NCBI GenBank assembly: GCA_965202585.1
Contig: OZ241829.1
Span: 15,314,001-15,378,000, forward strand
Direction: 5' to 3'
Origin: Thalia democratica
Taxonomy: Eukaryota
Length of the DNA stretch: 64,000 bases
How positions within the stretch are numbered: position 1 is the stretch's first letter; each line of letters starts with the position of its first letter. Both the position numbers and the translations under genes were made by a program. This document shows, one piece after another, positions 1-12,552 of the stretch. A model generated the notes under the pieces. The model was not told where the DNA came from, did no database searches, and worked only from the letters and a program-made list of their open reading frames with translations.

Positions 1-3000
1 TCGACAACTTTGGTCAAACTGGTCATGATGTGAAGCCAAGTTACCATCAGTGTCAAAAATCTCTGAACCAAAAGAGCACTCAAGTTCAACCTCATTGTGG
101 CTACTATCAACAAAACAGCTCTGATTATGTTGTTTCAAACCAACATGCACCAAAGAACTATGCCTGCCAAGACCACGACAAGTTGTTGAAAACCTGTCAG
201 GTTGTTGGTCATCAACAACCGAATTTGTATGATCAAAATGCTCAAAACCAGTACCAATTGCAAGACTACTACGGAGCACAACATCAGAAGATAGGTCAAC
301 ATCAGTATAACTGCTACAATCAGCAATTGAATGATGGTAATTCTGTACAACAGAATTATAATGGTTTGTTTTGATGTTTATAAATAGCGAGTGTACAAAT
401 TATTAAAAAACGATATTTAATCAACATTATAGTAGTAAAAAAGATACACTAACAGATGTTGCTTTTGCGAAACAAGATTTGGAAGCTACAACAGTCAGCA
501 ATTACGATAAAGTAACAGTTTAAAATATATAGTTAATTGTTAATTTTATACTTATTATATCATTAATCAATTTCAGTCAGGTGGTGCTTATTTTTCAGCT
601 GACCAAAAAGAAAGCGCTTGTTGTGACTTTGCATCAAAAAACAATAGAAAACTTGCTTATAGGTGAGATATGTGTTTATCATAATAATACCACAAAAAAT
701 ACTGTTTAAGCTTGATTTGTTATAATTTAATTTTGTTCAGGTCTCGCACTGTTTTCTCAAGTTACCAGGTTGAAGTTTTAGAGCAATATTTCAGGCTACA
801 AAATTACCTTAATGATGAAATTAAAACGAAAATTTGTAAAGAGACTGGGCTCAGTAATGCTGTAGTGTATGTAAGTGAAAACTTAAAGCTAAAAGTTCAA
901 AAATATATCTTTATTTTTTTTTTTAATAAAGTTATATATATTGTTTATTGAACGATAAAAAAGCGCTCAAAAAGTTTGGTTTAAAGACCTGGAGTTCAAA
1001 GGAACTTTTCGGTTATCGAGTCGTACACGACATGCTTATAAAGTCTCTTACGAGTTATTACACATAGTTTTTATCACTTAAATATTTAAATCTTCAGTAA
1101 TAAAACAATCAGTTAAACGAAAATAAAAATGAAAGAAAATAAAACTAAACGAAAATTAACTGAAATTTGTGTTTGATAATGTACTATGAATTTTGTTTAG
1201 TAACATAAGAACTAAACTTTTGTGCTAAAAAGGTAATTTTTATTTTATTTATTAATTTAACTTGAACAGTAAAAATAACTTTACATTTGAATAATTAGAT
1301 AAACTACTTTTTAAAATTTTGAAGAATTTTGAAGAAGTGATTTTTACAATAACTGAATTTATCTTTTAGAAATAAAAATATGAAGATAAGTACTGTGTAA
1401 CTTATGCTCTTAATAAGAAAAAACAATAATAATTCTAACAATAATAATATTAACAACAGCAAATTTCCTTCTATTTTAAAATATAGTTTTATTTTTTTAA
1501 ACTTGTCCAAGTCTAAAACTGTAATATTAGAAAGCAAGAAACATTTGCAAACATAAAAAAAAGATTTTTTCTTTGATTTCCTCAAAAAAAAAGAGGTTTT
1601 TTAACTTAAGTTTGCTTGAAACAGTTATCTTAGCTTACTATTTAAATTATTATAGTTTAAGTAAATATACAACTTTTAGAATTGGTTCAAAAATAGACGA
1701 GCAAAGTTAAAGATAGCTCAAAATGGCTTAAAACCGAAAAAATATTTGAAACGTAAAAAAGGTTTGTTACATTAAGTTGTTTACTTAAGTATGATTGGTT
1801 ATGTGTTAAGTTTTATAAAATTGTTATCATTTTTCAACTTTAATCAAATCGGTTTTAATTTATTTCAACTTTAAAAAGTATCCAAAAAATCAAGTGTTTC
1901 ATAATAAAGCGCACAAAGTAAAATAAAATTAACTATTTTTACAGAAGCTACCACTGTAAGCAACGTGTGCCAAGTAGAATTTGTAAGAGTAAGTTTTTAA
2001 GCTGTATTAAAAGATTATATAGATTAAGTACTTGAGTATATAATTATTGATAAAAATAAATAATCTTAAGTTTAAATTTAACTAGCTCATTTTTATGGTT
2101 TTTTTTTTGGGATTTGTAAAATAAATACTCATAAAAAATAGTATGCTTATATTTAATTAAATTTTAAGTTTAATTTGAGCAAAGTTTTATTACAAGTAGA
2201 AGTTTTTGTTTACAAAACTTTTTAAGTTACTACTTCGAAAGTTTTTGTTGAAGCGTTATATAATCTATACACAAAATTTTTCAATACTTATTAACTAATG
2301 AACTGATTGAAAGTGAACTAATATTAAACATTTTATTCATTCTTAAAGCAGACCGCTATGGACTCGTTGATAAGCGTTGAAAAACAAGCATTTGGTGAAA
2401 ACTCGGCGAAAACAAGAAAGTTAGTTGTTGTAAATTACAATTTGTAATTTGGCATTAACTTTTAAAAATGTCTTACTAATTACATTTGCATACTAGTTTA
2501 GTATTTAAATGGACACAGAAAAAAATATAAGGAAAACATTGAGTTTTGAACTATAGATTAAAACTAAATAGTTGTTTTTTGAAAGTAATTACAATTAAAG
2601 CTTGTTTACATTTCAAACAACAAAATCCATTTGTATCATATACATTAAAGTAACATAACTTTCTTTTCTTAATATTAAACGAACATAATTACAGGAAAAG
2701 GATCACATTGAGCGGTCACCAGACTGACGTGTTACTGAACTTCTACCTGAATTCAACCTGGTACCCTCACAGTGACGAATTTGCTCGACTCATGCAAATC
2801 ACTGGTCTCTCTGTGAAGGAAATAAAGGTGATCAAATTAACTCTTTTGTAACTAATTTTTAGTAAACATTACCTGTAAATATGTTTTTGCAAATATTTAC
2901 AGGTTGTGTAAAATTTTGAAAGTTACAAAAATACTTTGAAAGCATAAAAACTTTTAATACTTGTTTGACTGTTGTTATTTACTTTTGTAAAAACGAAGCA

Positions 3001-3251
3001 GAAAATTTTTTAAAATGTTGAAAGATGCAAAAATATTAATCGAGTTACACTATATTTATGTAAAAGTTTTTAAAAAATGTACATACTCTAAAACAAAACT
3101 AGCTATATTTTACACATTTAACAAAACCATCTATTTTCAGACGTGGTTTCAGAACCGTCGCTGCAAGGACAAAAGTCATGGTTTCAAAATCACCAAGACT
3201 TTAGATAGGCAAAACAGGAGAATGAGAGCTAACCAACAGTACTTTAAGTAA
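1..3251 (+). CDS. Double-homeodomain transcription factor (divergent PRD-class-like), 5' end outside window
   Basis: Phase-consistent GT-AG exons: <1-363, 581-662, 741-870, 1680-1761, 1945-1988, 2352-2419, 2695-2827, 3141-3251(stop). HD1 = RSRTVFSSYQVEVLEQYFRLQNYLNDEIKTKICKETGLSNAVVY|NWFKNRRAKLK; HD2 = KKRITLSGHQTDVLLNFYLNSTWYPHSDEFARLMQITGLSVKEIK|TWFQNRRCKDK. Both homeoboxes are split between codons 46 and 47, the typical PRD-class intron position. The first visible exon is Q/N/Y-rich. The two linker exons are the least certain. Confidence 0.88.
940..1067 (-). mobile_element. tRNA-like SINE family, copy 1 (homeobox intron)
   Basis: Shares GTTTATTGAACGATAAAA...AAGCGCTCAAAAAGTTTGGT...GGAAC(C/T)TTTCGG(C/T)TATCGAGTCGTACAC with copies at 22410, 23896 and 37268. 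The minus strand reads GACTCGATAACCGAAA(A/G)GTTCC, resembling a tRNA anticodon/variable-arm segment, and ends in AATAAACAA. Confidence 0.6.
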
Positions 3252-3474
3252 TTTTTCTAAAGCTTTGTCATGCTAAGCTTTTGTTGTAATATGACAAGTA
3301 TAAATAGGTAATTTTAGTAGGTAAATTTTTTTCTAAAATGTATTATATAGCTTTTATTAGTTTTGTACTGTTGTAACTGAATTGTGTAACTATCTTGTTG
3401 TATTTGTTGCTTAAAGATTGTTAATGCATGTTCGAAGTAAAATGTTATTTTTGGTAGAGCTTTCGTAGTTTGAT

Positions 3475-3480
3475 AATAAA
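3475..3480 (+). terminator. Candidate polyadenylation signal of the homeobox gene
   Basis: AATAAA about 225 nt downstream of the stop codon in a T-rich 3' UTR-like stretch; the hexamer is common in AT-rich DNA. Confidence 0.4.
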
Positions 3481-6400
3481 CTAGTAATTACTATTGTTGC
3501 TATATTTGTACTTGTAAGCCTATCTGTTTAAAAATAACTATAGGCATTTTTTAAAAATTTAGAGTGTTTCTTAATTAAATATTTTATTGTAGTTTTCTAC
3601 TTGATTCAATGAGTTTATTAGATTAATGTTTCAACTATGTGTAAAATGCTATAAAATATAATCAGTAGGAACTTGTTAATAACATTTTACCACTGTAAAA
3701 TGTTATTTAAAGTAAAATGTTAAAGTTTAATATATTATATAACATAAGGCATAAATATATTTTAAAAGAGTAGCATTTTTTATCAGTTGAAATTGAAAAA
3801 CAATCACAATACATAAAACGATTAGTTTAAGTTTATCTATTTAGTTGAAAACGATTTGTAAAATGTGAAAAATTTTATTTTTTCAATATAAAGCACTAAA
3901 ACTTTCAAGGGATAAAATTGAACTAGGTCATAATTAAGATTAAACTACTACAATGATTCACTAGTTTTGATTTAGACTTATAAAAAGAAGCAAATTATTA
4001 ATGTAGTAAATTTTAATTATAAGCTTAATTAAATTGTATTCATAAGTAGACTTCATTTTCTCTTGTTTAGGGAGCTTTGAAACCTTTTGCTTACTGTGTT
4101 AAGTTCCTTTAACAACTTAAACTACATAAGAGCCGTGTTCTTTACGATAATTTAAATATGTTTACACTAACCTAATTCTGTGCACCCCAAGCTTAAAACT
4201 CCTGAAAATTTAAGTAACCTTGTAAAAAATTTAACCGTAAATTCTAGTGTAAGCTTTCCTTTATATGTCTGAAATTTTTTCTATGTTATTATAAATTCCA
4301 GGAAATTTACTGTAAGTTTCAATAAAAATTTAGTGCATCCCAAAATAAACTTCTTCCACACTGGACCACTGCATTAGAACAGAAGGATTTACGAGGAATA
4401 GATTTTTTGCGGGCCATATCAAAAACAAGTAAATCGTCATAAGCCTTAGTAATTATAAACCTTGGTTTTGGATTTATAGTCAGTGAATATGGGTGATTAA
4501 ACAAACATATAACATACAGCAGTGATTCACATGACTGAAGTGATCAAAGTCTTAAACTTTTAACATAAAACATGTCGAATTTGCTTCTATTAAAATAATG
4601 AGGCTACACGAGTTATATTTTCATAAAGAAACTCATAACTTGATAAACTACTTAAAATTAAACGATTCTCAAGTTCTTATATAGAGTACATAGTGGAAAT
4701 GGGATACGACAAAGTATGTATATGTAGAACTATGTCTAATAAGGAATTAACTAACGAAAATTTAATAATTCTAAGGACTTGAAATTTTGCCAAAAATGTC
4801 AAAAACCTTATTTAGCATGAGTCTTGTACAATGCGCGTTCTAATCAAAGCTGTATTCAGTTTAAATTTTTATGTTTGAGTATAACATTTTTTACCAATTG
4901 TCCTCTACACCTGGTTAGCATTAGTTCTCAACTTATTTATGGACTGTCCACAAGACTTTTATTTCTATAAACTATATCATTGCAACATACCACACAAAAA
5001 AGTTTGAACTTGCAATTTAAGTAAACTCAGACTACTACGTTAGGATTCGAAAATTTCAAAACTTACACAAAATAATATACAGGGGTGGTAACCAAAGTTA
5101 CGCGACGAGAATATTAACCACCGTATTCAAATAATGTTAAACTGGGTGTTCTTAACTTTACGGTAGTAAAAAATTCATTATAATTTTAGTTTACGATCCG
5201 CGAGGACTTAATCTGGCCAACCGACTACAAAAGTTGTCATAGGATAGATGATTTATCCATCCAAAATTTATTAAACAACCTACATCTATACTAAATATTC
5301 GAAGATAATGACAAAGCTGACTTTTTTCATGAAGCCCTCGTTGAAGATACAAAACAATATAATATATTAAAAAACTAACCTTAAAATAAACCTAAAATAT
5401 TTTATTTTTCTTCATTATTAACCCTAGAATATGTAGACGAATTTTAAATTATGACCCCTTTACTAGTCACGCCCCTCCTTTGCAGCTTGATTTCTCAAGT
5501 GCCACCTTTGGGAAACCCTGCTTCAAAAAGTGCCTAGCTAAAGATGTGTTTTAAAAATAAACATTTTAAAAGTTTTAATAAGAGTTCGCATAAATTAAAT
5601 TATCCTAAAACTATAAATGTTAATATAGTTAGAAAATATTTAAAGCCCAAAGTTTAATTAAGATTAATGAAACGAAAAATACAGTTCTAAAATATATGCT
5701 AAAATATACGCACATCGAAAAATTAAATACAAAAAAAACGAAAGAAAAGGCGTAAACTGAAAACTTCAATCTTCTTTTCTTCTATAGAATTTACTCCAGT
5801 TAATTTCTGGTTCACAAGCTGTCTTTGATGGAATTCTACAACAGTTGCAGTTAGAGAAAATCTAAAAGTAATATAATTTGGATAAAATATTATTCCTTAC
5901 CTTCATTTAATTAAACAATAGTAGTTTTGATATGGTAAAAAAACACTGTTTTACATAAAGTATTGGAATGATGTTTATGTTTTTTTTTTACTTTTTATTT
6001 AATCTTTAGACTTTTATAGCTAGGTAGGTAATTTAATTTTCTACTGATGTTATACAACAAACAATATTAACTTTTACAGTAACCTCTGATATATGTTTCC
6101 AAAATTAACTTTCAAGAACTTTGTTTAATTTATTTTTTAACATTTAATAACTTTTGTACTTGAATAATTAAGTTTTTATCATTGGACCACAAGCCCTGTA
6201 ATACTGACTTTGGAAATAGTCATACACTTCTTCATGTTTTTATTCTTTAAATTAATTTTCTGAATTTAAGTTAATATAAAGTTTTTTGTTGTAATAAAAA
6301 GGTAATTTCAGCCTTTAATGTTGTTATCTAAATTTGATAGAAAGAATTAATTTTCAGCTACTTATTTCAAGACATATAACATAAACAATGAAAGATTTAT

Positions 6401-6736
6401 ACACTTATAAATTTTGAAATTTAAAAATTGAATAAACAACTTAAAAGAGGTTTATAAAGTTGAAATAATGTTTTAGCTTTTAAAGATAGACAAAGTTGTG
6501 GTATAATAGTTTTAATTTAGATTTCTTGATTATTGATTTTTATATTCAAGTATGTAAATATAGTTGTAATTTTACACATAAGCTATAGGCGGAATTATAA
6601 CGACAAAAAAATTTGACAATTTTTTATTTTGGCAAATTTAACCTGGTTATTAACAAATCAAAATAATAGTTTTAAAGTTTTTATTTAGAAGTTAAGTGTA
6701 ACTTTTTTTTGAAACTCAACATGAAAGTAGGGTGTT

Positions 6737-6810
6737 GTTGCCATAGTTACTTTTACTCTCCACCTTGATATTGTTGCTAAGCAATCACCGGTGGGTTGTT
6801 GCTACGAAGT
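6737..6810. promoter_or_regulatory. Cluster of RFX X-box-like motifs
   Basis: GTTGCCATAGTTAC (6737-6750), GTTGCTAAGCAAT (6773-6785) and half-site GTTGCTACG (6798) within about 70 bp; motif match only. Confidence 0.4.
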
Positions 6811-7306
6811 TCTGCTTTTCAAATCTCTGTAGTCCATATTAGGGGCTTTGTGATTCCCCCTTGTTTTTCTGGAAGGCGTCATTGCGATCTTTGAAAATAT
6901 GCTCAAAGTTTTATAAGTTATAATTTATTCACTTTGATTAGTAATAAAAAGAAAAAACAACAGTAAATTTTTGTAGTCTCTATCAATTATAAGCCAGTAA
7001 TCAAAAAAAATAATTTAATCTAGTACATTGTACTCGGCAGGCATCTGGTCAAGATTGAACTAAGATTTTATATAAATCATAAATAAGGCCAAAAAAATTA
7101 TAAATAAGTTATGTACTTCCAACGAATTTAACTTAATGTTCTTTAATTTAGAAATTCTTAAAGTGTTATAAAGAATATAGACTTGGCAAATTAAGCTTTA
7201 ATTTAGTAAGTAGCTTGTAGAGTGCTACTTATAACGTTTGATGTGCTTATAATTGTCTCACTTTATAATTCATCTTTCAAACTTATTTAAGCAAAATGTT
7301 AGTAAA

Positions 7307-7593
7307 CAGGGTTGCCAAATGTTTTTGGAAAATTTCTTCCAGATTTATAAAACTATACGTTTTAGGATCTATTTTTAGTTTAAAATTAAGTTTAAGGTAT
7401 AACATTGAAAAGATATCTTTAAAGCTTCTTAAAATGTGCTTTTTACTCCAAAAAATTTTTTAATGAATTTTCTTTTTTTATAAGATTTGTGTCAAACCAA
7501 AATTTTACTACTTAACATTTAAAAAATTGTTGAAAATTCTAGTTAAATTTTGTTCAAAACTTTTCTCAAATCCCAGGTTTTTTGGCAACCCCC
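7307..7593. mobile_element. hAT-like MITE (CAGGGTTGCCAA...TTGGCAACCC termini)
   Basis: Inverted termini CAGGGTTGCCAAA / TTTGGCAACCCC, internal CCAGGTTTTTTGG; related copies at 8584-8943, 13397-13741 and a lone left end at 14274. Confidence 0.6.
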
Positions 7594-8583
7594 AGGATAG
7601 CTTTTCTAACTTTTATCAAAACAAAACTACGTAAATATCTGCTAGTTTAGAGCAGCCAGTTGAAGACAATAACATTCTGACAATTCTCCACTAAGCTTAA
7701 ACCACATCTTAATTAAAGCTGGGTCACACTACTGCAGCTGTCATGACTACTAGTTGTTCATAACTTGGACTGGTCGCTTCCAGCTTTGAAATATACTGGA
7801 TTGTCCTGAGGTTTCCCAAATATGAATACTTGCTCGTCGATGATGACTCACGTGCAAAATCAAACCACATTGTACTATAAAAACATACTCGTGTAAGTGA
7901 AAAAAGTTTCAAGTCTTTTGAAATATTTTGTTGAAACAAACTTTAAGATTTTTTTTAAAACTGATTAAACAATTCAGGGGCTTGAAATTAAAAATTTTTA
8001 GTTATTTTTTATGCTTAGAAACAAATAATCTGCCAAACAGTATTCTATCAAGGGTTTTATTGTTCTACAAGCTATGTAAACAAAACATACAATTGAATAA
8101 AAAGTAAAATTCTCCTAATATAATCCACTTTTAATAATAGCAGCTATTCACAAAGGCTTTTATACTTTTTTACGACATTATCAAAAACTTATAAATTTTT
8201 ATTGTTATCATTCATATTGGTATATATTTAGGCATATACATTTCTCGCTAAATTATGTTTGTACATGTGGCAGCAGTACTTATAAGCCAATAAAAATTCA
8301 AACATCCTCTTGAAAAATTAACTGGTTTATGAGTAACAATAACTTATTTTGTAAATAAGGTATAGAAGTCTTTGAAGTAATTACTAATAGTTTTTTCAGT
8401 TAAAACATTAAGTTTTGCTAAATAATTTTTAAATATAGATAGGGACCTCTAGGTTTTACTCTTACTTTGATGTAGATAATTTACCGTAATACTAAATTCT
8501 TTTCTAATTTAGTTGCAGTATCATATATAATACTAGTTTTGCAATATTATGTCAAGCCCAAGTTGTACTATTCTAACTTAAAA

Positions 8584-8943
8584 TAGGCTTGCCAAAGGCT
8601 TTTTGTAATTTTCTTACAGCTTTTCAAAATTAAGTTTTTTGATCCATTTTTAGTTTTTAGTTAAAATTGTTTTTAATGTAATAAATGTTATAATAGCATG
8701 GATAATATACTGTAAAGCTATTTATGTTTTAAAATTAAAAAAAAGATTCATGATAGAACAAAAAATGTTTTTATGCTAGATATTTGGTGTCTTATCGAAA
8801 TTTCGTTATTTAATATGTAAAAATAGCTAAAAATTCCAGGTTTTTTAGTGGTTATGATTGAAATTCTGATTTACTTATTTTTCTTAAATTCAGGATCTTT
8901 TTTTTCTTAAACTAACAAATTACAGATTTATCGAGCAACCCTG
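8584..8943. mobile_element. hAT-like MITE, copy 2
   Basis: TAGGCTTGCCAAAGGCTTTTTGTAATTTTCTTACAG left end, AATTCCAGGTTTTTT internally, GAGCAACCCTG right end. Confidence 0.5.
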
Positions 8944-9675
8944 TTAATATGATAAAATTAACCGAATTGCATTTAGGTTAAAAAGACTCACAATTAATCT
9001 GATATTTTTTATAATAATACTGTAATAATTAATTGTACTTCTGTCTTTTAAAATTAATACTAAGACTTACTTGTTAAAACTTGGATATTTTTTAAAAACT
9101 CAATAAATTAAAATATACTTGCAGTGAAATGTTGACTTTAAGAAAATATATGAAAATTTCATTTCATTTTATATGTAAACAATTTAACAAGACAACTTTA
9201 TTGTAAAAAAACACCTGAAAGTAAAACAAACCGTGTGTAATGAAAAATTATTTATTCAAAGTGATTACCTCTAGTGTAATGTCAGTCATGATAAATCACA
9301 AAATGAAACTAATTTAAAGTTAAAAACTAAGTTAAGTTTGAAAAAAAATCAAATACTGGTAAGTAACACCCAAGCTTAAGTGAATATATCAAAAAAAATG
9401 AATATTGAAATAAATTAACTTTTGTATTGAATAAGAGTACTGCAATTTTAATCAGGTAAATTTTTAAAAGGTGTTTAATTAATGAAGATTAGGTTTTAAA
9501 TACTAAAACAACTATTAACTAAAGTGAAAAAAAAAGTCCAGTTTAACCAGTTCCAATTTTGGTGAATGTATCGACAGGAAAAGACAGTGGAAAAACAAGG
9601 GAAGAATCTGGGCTTTTGACAAGTTAAAGCTAAAAGACGCCCAGTTTGAAAATACTCCCCTTCTCAGTAGGTCAA

Positions 9676-10275
9676 TTAATTCGCCTTGCTAAAGTAGGTC
9701 TGGCTTCCCTTGGGGTCCGGCTTCATGGTGTCATCACCAGGGTTCCATCCGGCAGGGCAAACCTCTCCGTGCTCATCTGTGAACTGGAACGCTTTGACCA
9801 ACCTCAATGTCTCATCAACGCTCCTTCCCACCGGCATGTCGTTGATGGTGATCTGCCTCAACACCCCCTTGTTGTCAATAATAAACAGTCCTCTGAAGGA
9901 GACGCCTTCATCTTCTTTCAAGACCCCATACTTCCTCGAGATCTCCATGGTCTTGTCGGCAATGATGGGAATCTGCATGTTGCCAAGACCTCCCTTCTTC
10001 CTCGGCACGTTGGTCCAGGCCAAGTGGCTGAAGTGGGAGTCGGTGGAGCACGCCAGAACCTTGCAGCCCATCTCCTCAAACTCGTGCGCCCTGTCGTTGA
10101 AGGCAATGATCTCTGTGGGGCAGACGAAGGTGAAGTCCAGTGGGTAGAAGAACAGGATGACGTAGTGGCCCTTGTAGCTGGACAGGGTGAGGTCCTCGAA
10201 GTCCCCGTTGACCACGGCCTTGGCGGTGAAGTCTGGGGCCTGATGCTGGATCTTTGCCTCGCCTGAAGTTGCCAT
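9676..10275 (-). CDS. prdx1: Typical 2-Cys peroxiredoxin (Prx1/AhpC family; PRDX1/2-like), 199 aa, intronless CDS
   Basis: [13 protein letters not shown] (peroxidatic Cys52), [12 protein letters not shown] (resolving Cys173) and C-terminal YF motif. The real ATG is at 10275 (MATSGEAKI); the ORF track starts 6 nt upstream at a TTG. A splice-acceptor-like TGTGCAG lies 20 nt upstream of the ATG; minus-strand AATAAA at 9251-9256 and 9197-9202. The symbol denotes the PRDX1/2 group, not a resolved orthologue. Confidence 0.97.
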   Translation of the reverse strand: MATSGEAKIQHQAPDFTAKAVVNGDFEDLTLSSYKGHYVILFFYPLDFTFVCPTEIIAFNDRAHEFEEMGCKVLACSTDSHFSHLAWTNVPRKKGGLGNMQIPIIADKTMEISRKYGVLKEDEGVSFRGLFIIDNKGVLRQITINDMPVGRSVDETLRLVKAFQFTDEHGEVCPAGWNPGDDTMKPDPKGSQTYFSKAN

Positions 10276-11950
10276 TTTCAAACTATTTTAAATATCTGCA
10301 CATAAATATATATATTGATAAGAATTTTATGATTATAATTTGATAGGTAAAAGTTATCTGGACAAGAATTTGATGAATAGTGTTTGAAAGCACATATTAT
10401 GTTGTTTTCTGACACATACATTTCAAAGGTAAACACTAGTTCTGACTAAGTTTAAATGATTAAATAAGCTAAATAAAATTAAATTAATTATAGGACGAAA
10501 AATATGTTTGTTTTCTGTTGCAAAACTTAAACTCAAAAATATAGATTCATGTTTTATATAGTGATGTACAATCGCTTAGTTATGTGTTCTTAAATATAAT
10601 ATAGTAGATAAAGTAAAAACTAATTTTATAAATTATTGTATACTAAAGCGTATAACAAATGTTGGCTTTTTCAAGTGTTTAGTTAAAATAAACACAAATT
10701 AAAAAAATGTTTTATATATTTTAATTACTGTAAGATTTTTATAAATACTGTTGTAAAGATAACCCTACTAATTTCACTATAATACAATAAATTTTACAAA
10801 TTGTTTAATTAATACATTTAAAATTTCAATTAAAACAATAATGCAACATTTGGTTTATAATATTTATTCTATCAAATCAATTACTGATGTCCACTTCCTA
10901 GTGAAAGTAAAACAAATGAGCAGTCGTTCAAACTTATCTTTATGTCAACTCCTTGTTAAGCTATAGGCTGTCTCAACTAGTTATACAAAATAATTTTATT
11001 TGAACGTTCTTATGAAAACTACCATTTAATTTTTAAAAATTCTTAAATTATTAGTATTTATGGCTGATTAACATGGGGAGTTGAATAGGTTACTCTTGGT
11101 AAAAAAAAATTAATTAAATTTTTTAGTTTCTTTGTTTTAACCAGTTTTCATTAAGCTTTCTTTTGTTTAATAAAAAATGTTTACATATAAAATAGTATGA
11201 GAATTTGAAAAAAATATCTTAAAGGACATTTTTTGAGAGTTTGGGCAAAAAAGTTATTATTTCTAAAATTCAAGGCATAATTGTTTTAAAACTGATAACA
11301 GAAATTTTCTTAAAACTGTAAGTATCTAACCAAAAAATGACTTAGTTATCGTGGTAAATTCTTTATCCTAAATCAAATATTTAAATTTATTAATTGTTTG
11401 TTTGTCCTCATAACCTTAAATATTTTGTGTATGCAGTTTTCTGTTATACTTATTTTATCTGGTAACTTAATTTTTAAATTTAATTGTAAAATCTTGAAAA
11501 AATTAACTGACTGATATGTTTAACATACTACCTTGGTAAAAATTAGTCACAAAAAATTCATTATTTGTATGTTGTTTTATAATTTAGTTTTGTGCTACCT
11601 GATTCACTTTTATTTTACCATAACAACCAAAGTATAGGAAAAAATAACTTTTAGCAAGAATAAAATTGTTAGTATTACAACTTAACAAGTTTTTGAAAAA
11701 TTAGGCCTTTATTTAAGCTTTTACAAAAATACATTGTGTACTACTTGAAGCTTCAGTGAAATTTAAGAGCACAGTATTTCCTAATTGTCAAAACTATTCA
11801 TTTCTAGTTACTGCTAAATATGTTCAGCTTAAGAAGTTGATTAGGAATGTTTTAACATCAATTTAATATTATTATGTAACAGGATAACAAACTGCTTTTG
11901 ATAACTGTTTAAATTTAATGGAAAGTTTTGAGTTTAAGTTCTTGTTTATC

Positions 11951-12552
11951 CAATTGTAAATCACCTTTTTCACAATTTATTCTTATTATTGACTTTCAAT
12001 AAAGCTATAAGTTGCTTTTTACAGATTTTATAAATTCAAAGTAGTTTTTGAGATCTAGCAGGTCTAAGTCAGAGACTACTATAAGCTCTTCACGGGAGGC
12101 GCAAACTAAAACAGCAAATAACTAGAAATCACTAAATATCTATCTTCTACAATTTTTAAGATAACTGTCTCAAAATTTCAGGATATGCTCCTTGCAATAT
12201 TTAAAAATTCTGTTGGAAGAAAAAAAATTATAAAATATATTTTTATGCGAACTAACAAAAAAAAAATTCTTTTTTTTAACTAACAGAATTTGTTAAATAT
12301 TGCAAGAAACAATTACTGAAAGTTAAAGGTAGTTATCTCAAAAAAATTAGGACAAGATAGATTTCTATTGAAATAGTCTTTTCTTGCCGTTTTAGTTTGC
12401 ACCCGCCATAAGTAACCCATTGTTGCCTCCAACTTTAACTTGCTATATCTCAAAAACTATTTTGAATTTTTTAAATCAGTAAAGCATCTTGTAGCGAAGT
12501 TACAACTCTATAAAATAAAATCAAACTGTGAAAAGGTGATTACCCCCCTAAA
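11951..12552. mobile_element. Long-TIR (near fully palindromic) non-autonomous DNA transposon, Kolobok-like, copy A
   Basis: Arms of roughly 250-290 bp are reverse complements (e.g. GGGAGGCGCAAACTAAAAC at about 12095 vs GTTTTAGTTTGCACCCGCC at about 12389; AAAGCTATAAGTTGCTTTTT vs AAAGCATCTTGTAGCG); homologous to 14316-14839. Confidence 0.65.

Noticed and set aside
5080-5520. Possible hAT element with a transposase remnant
   Set aside because: CAGGGG...CCCTG ends match only loosely, there is no second copy in the window, and internal frames are short and unrecognisable.
7770-7870. Minus-strand peptide IHIWETSGQSSIFQSW resembling a small-GTPase G3 box
   Set aside because: No P-loop or NKxD exon was found nearby, the Asp of DxxG is absent, and the frame stops shortly after.
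9646-10266. 206-aa plus-strand ORF (and 9710-10147) overlapping the peroxiredoxin
   Set aside because: Antisense shadow of a GC3-rich CDS; starts at TTG and has no recognisable domain.
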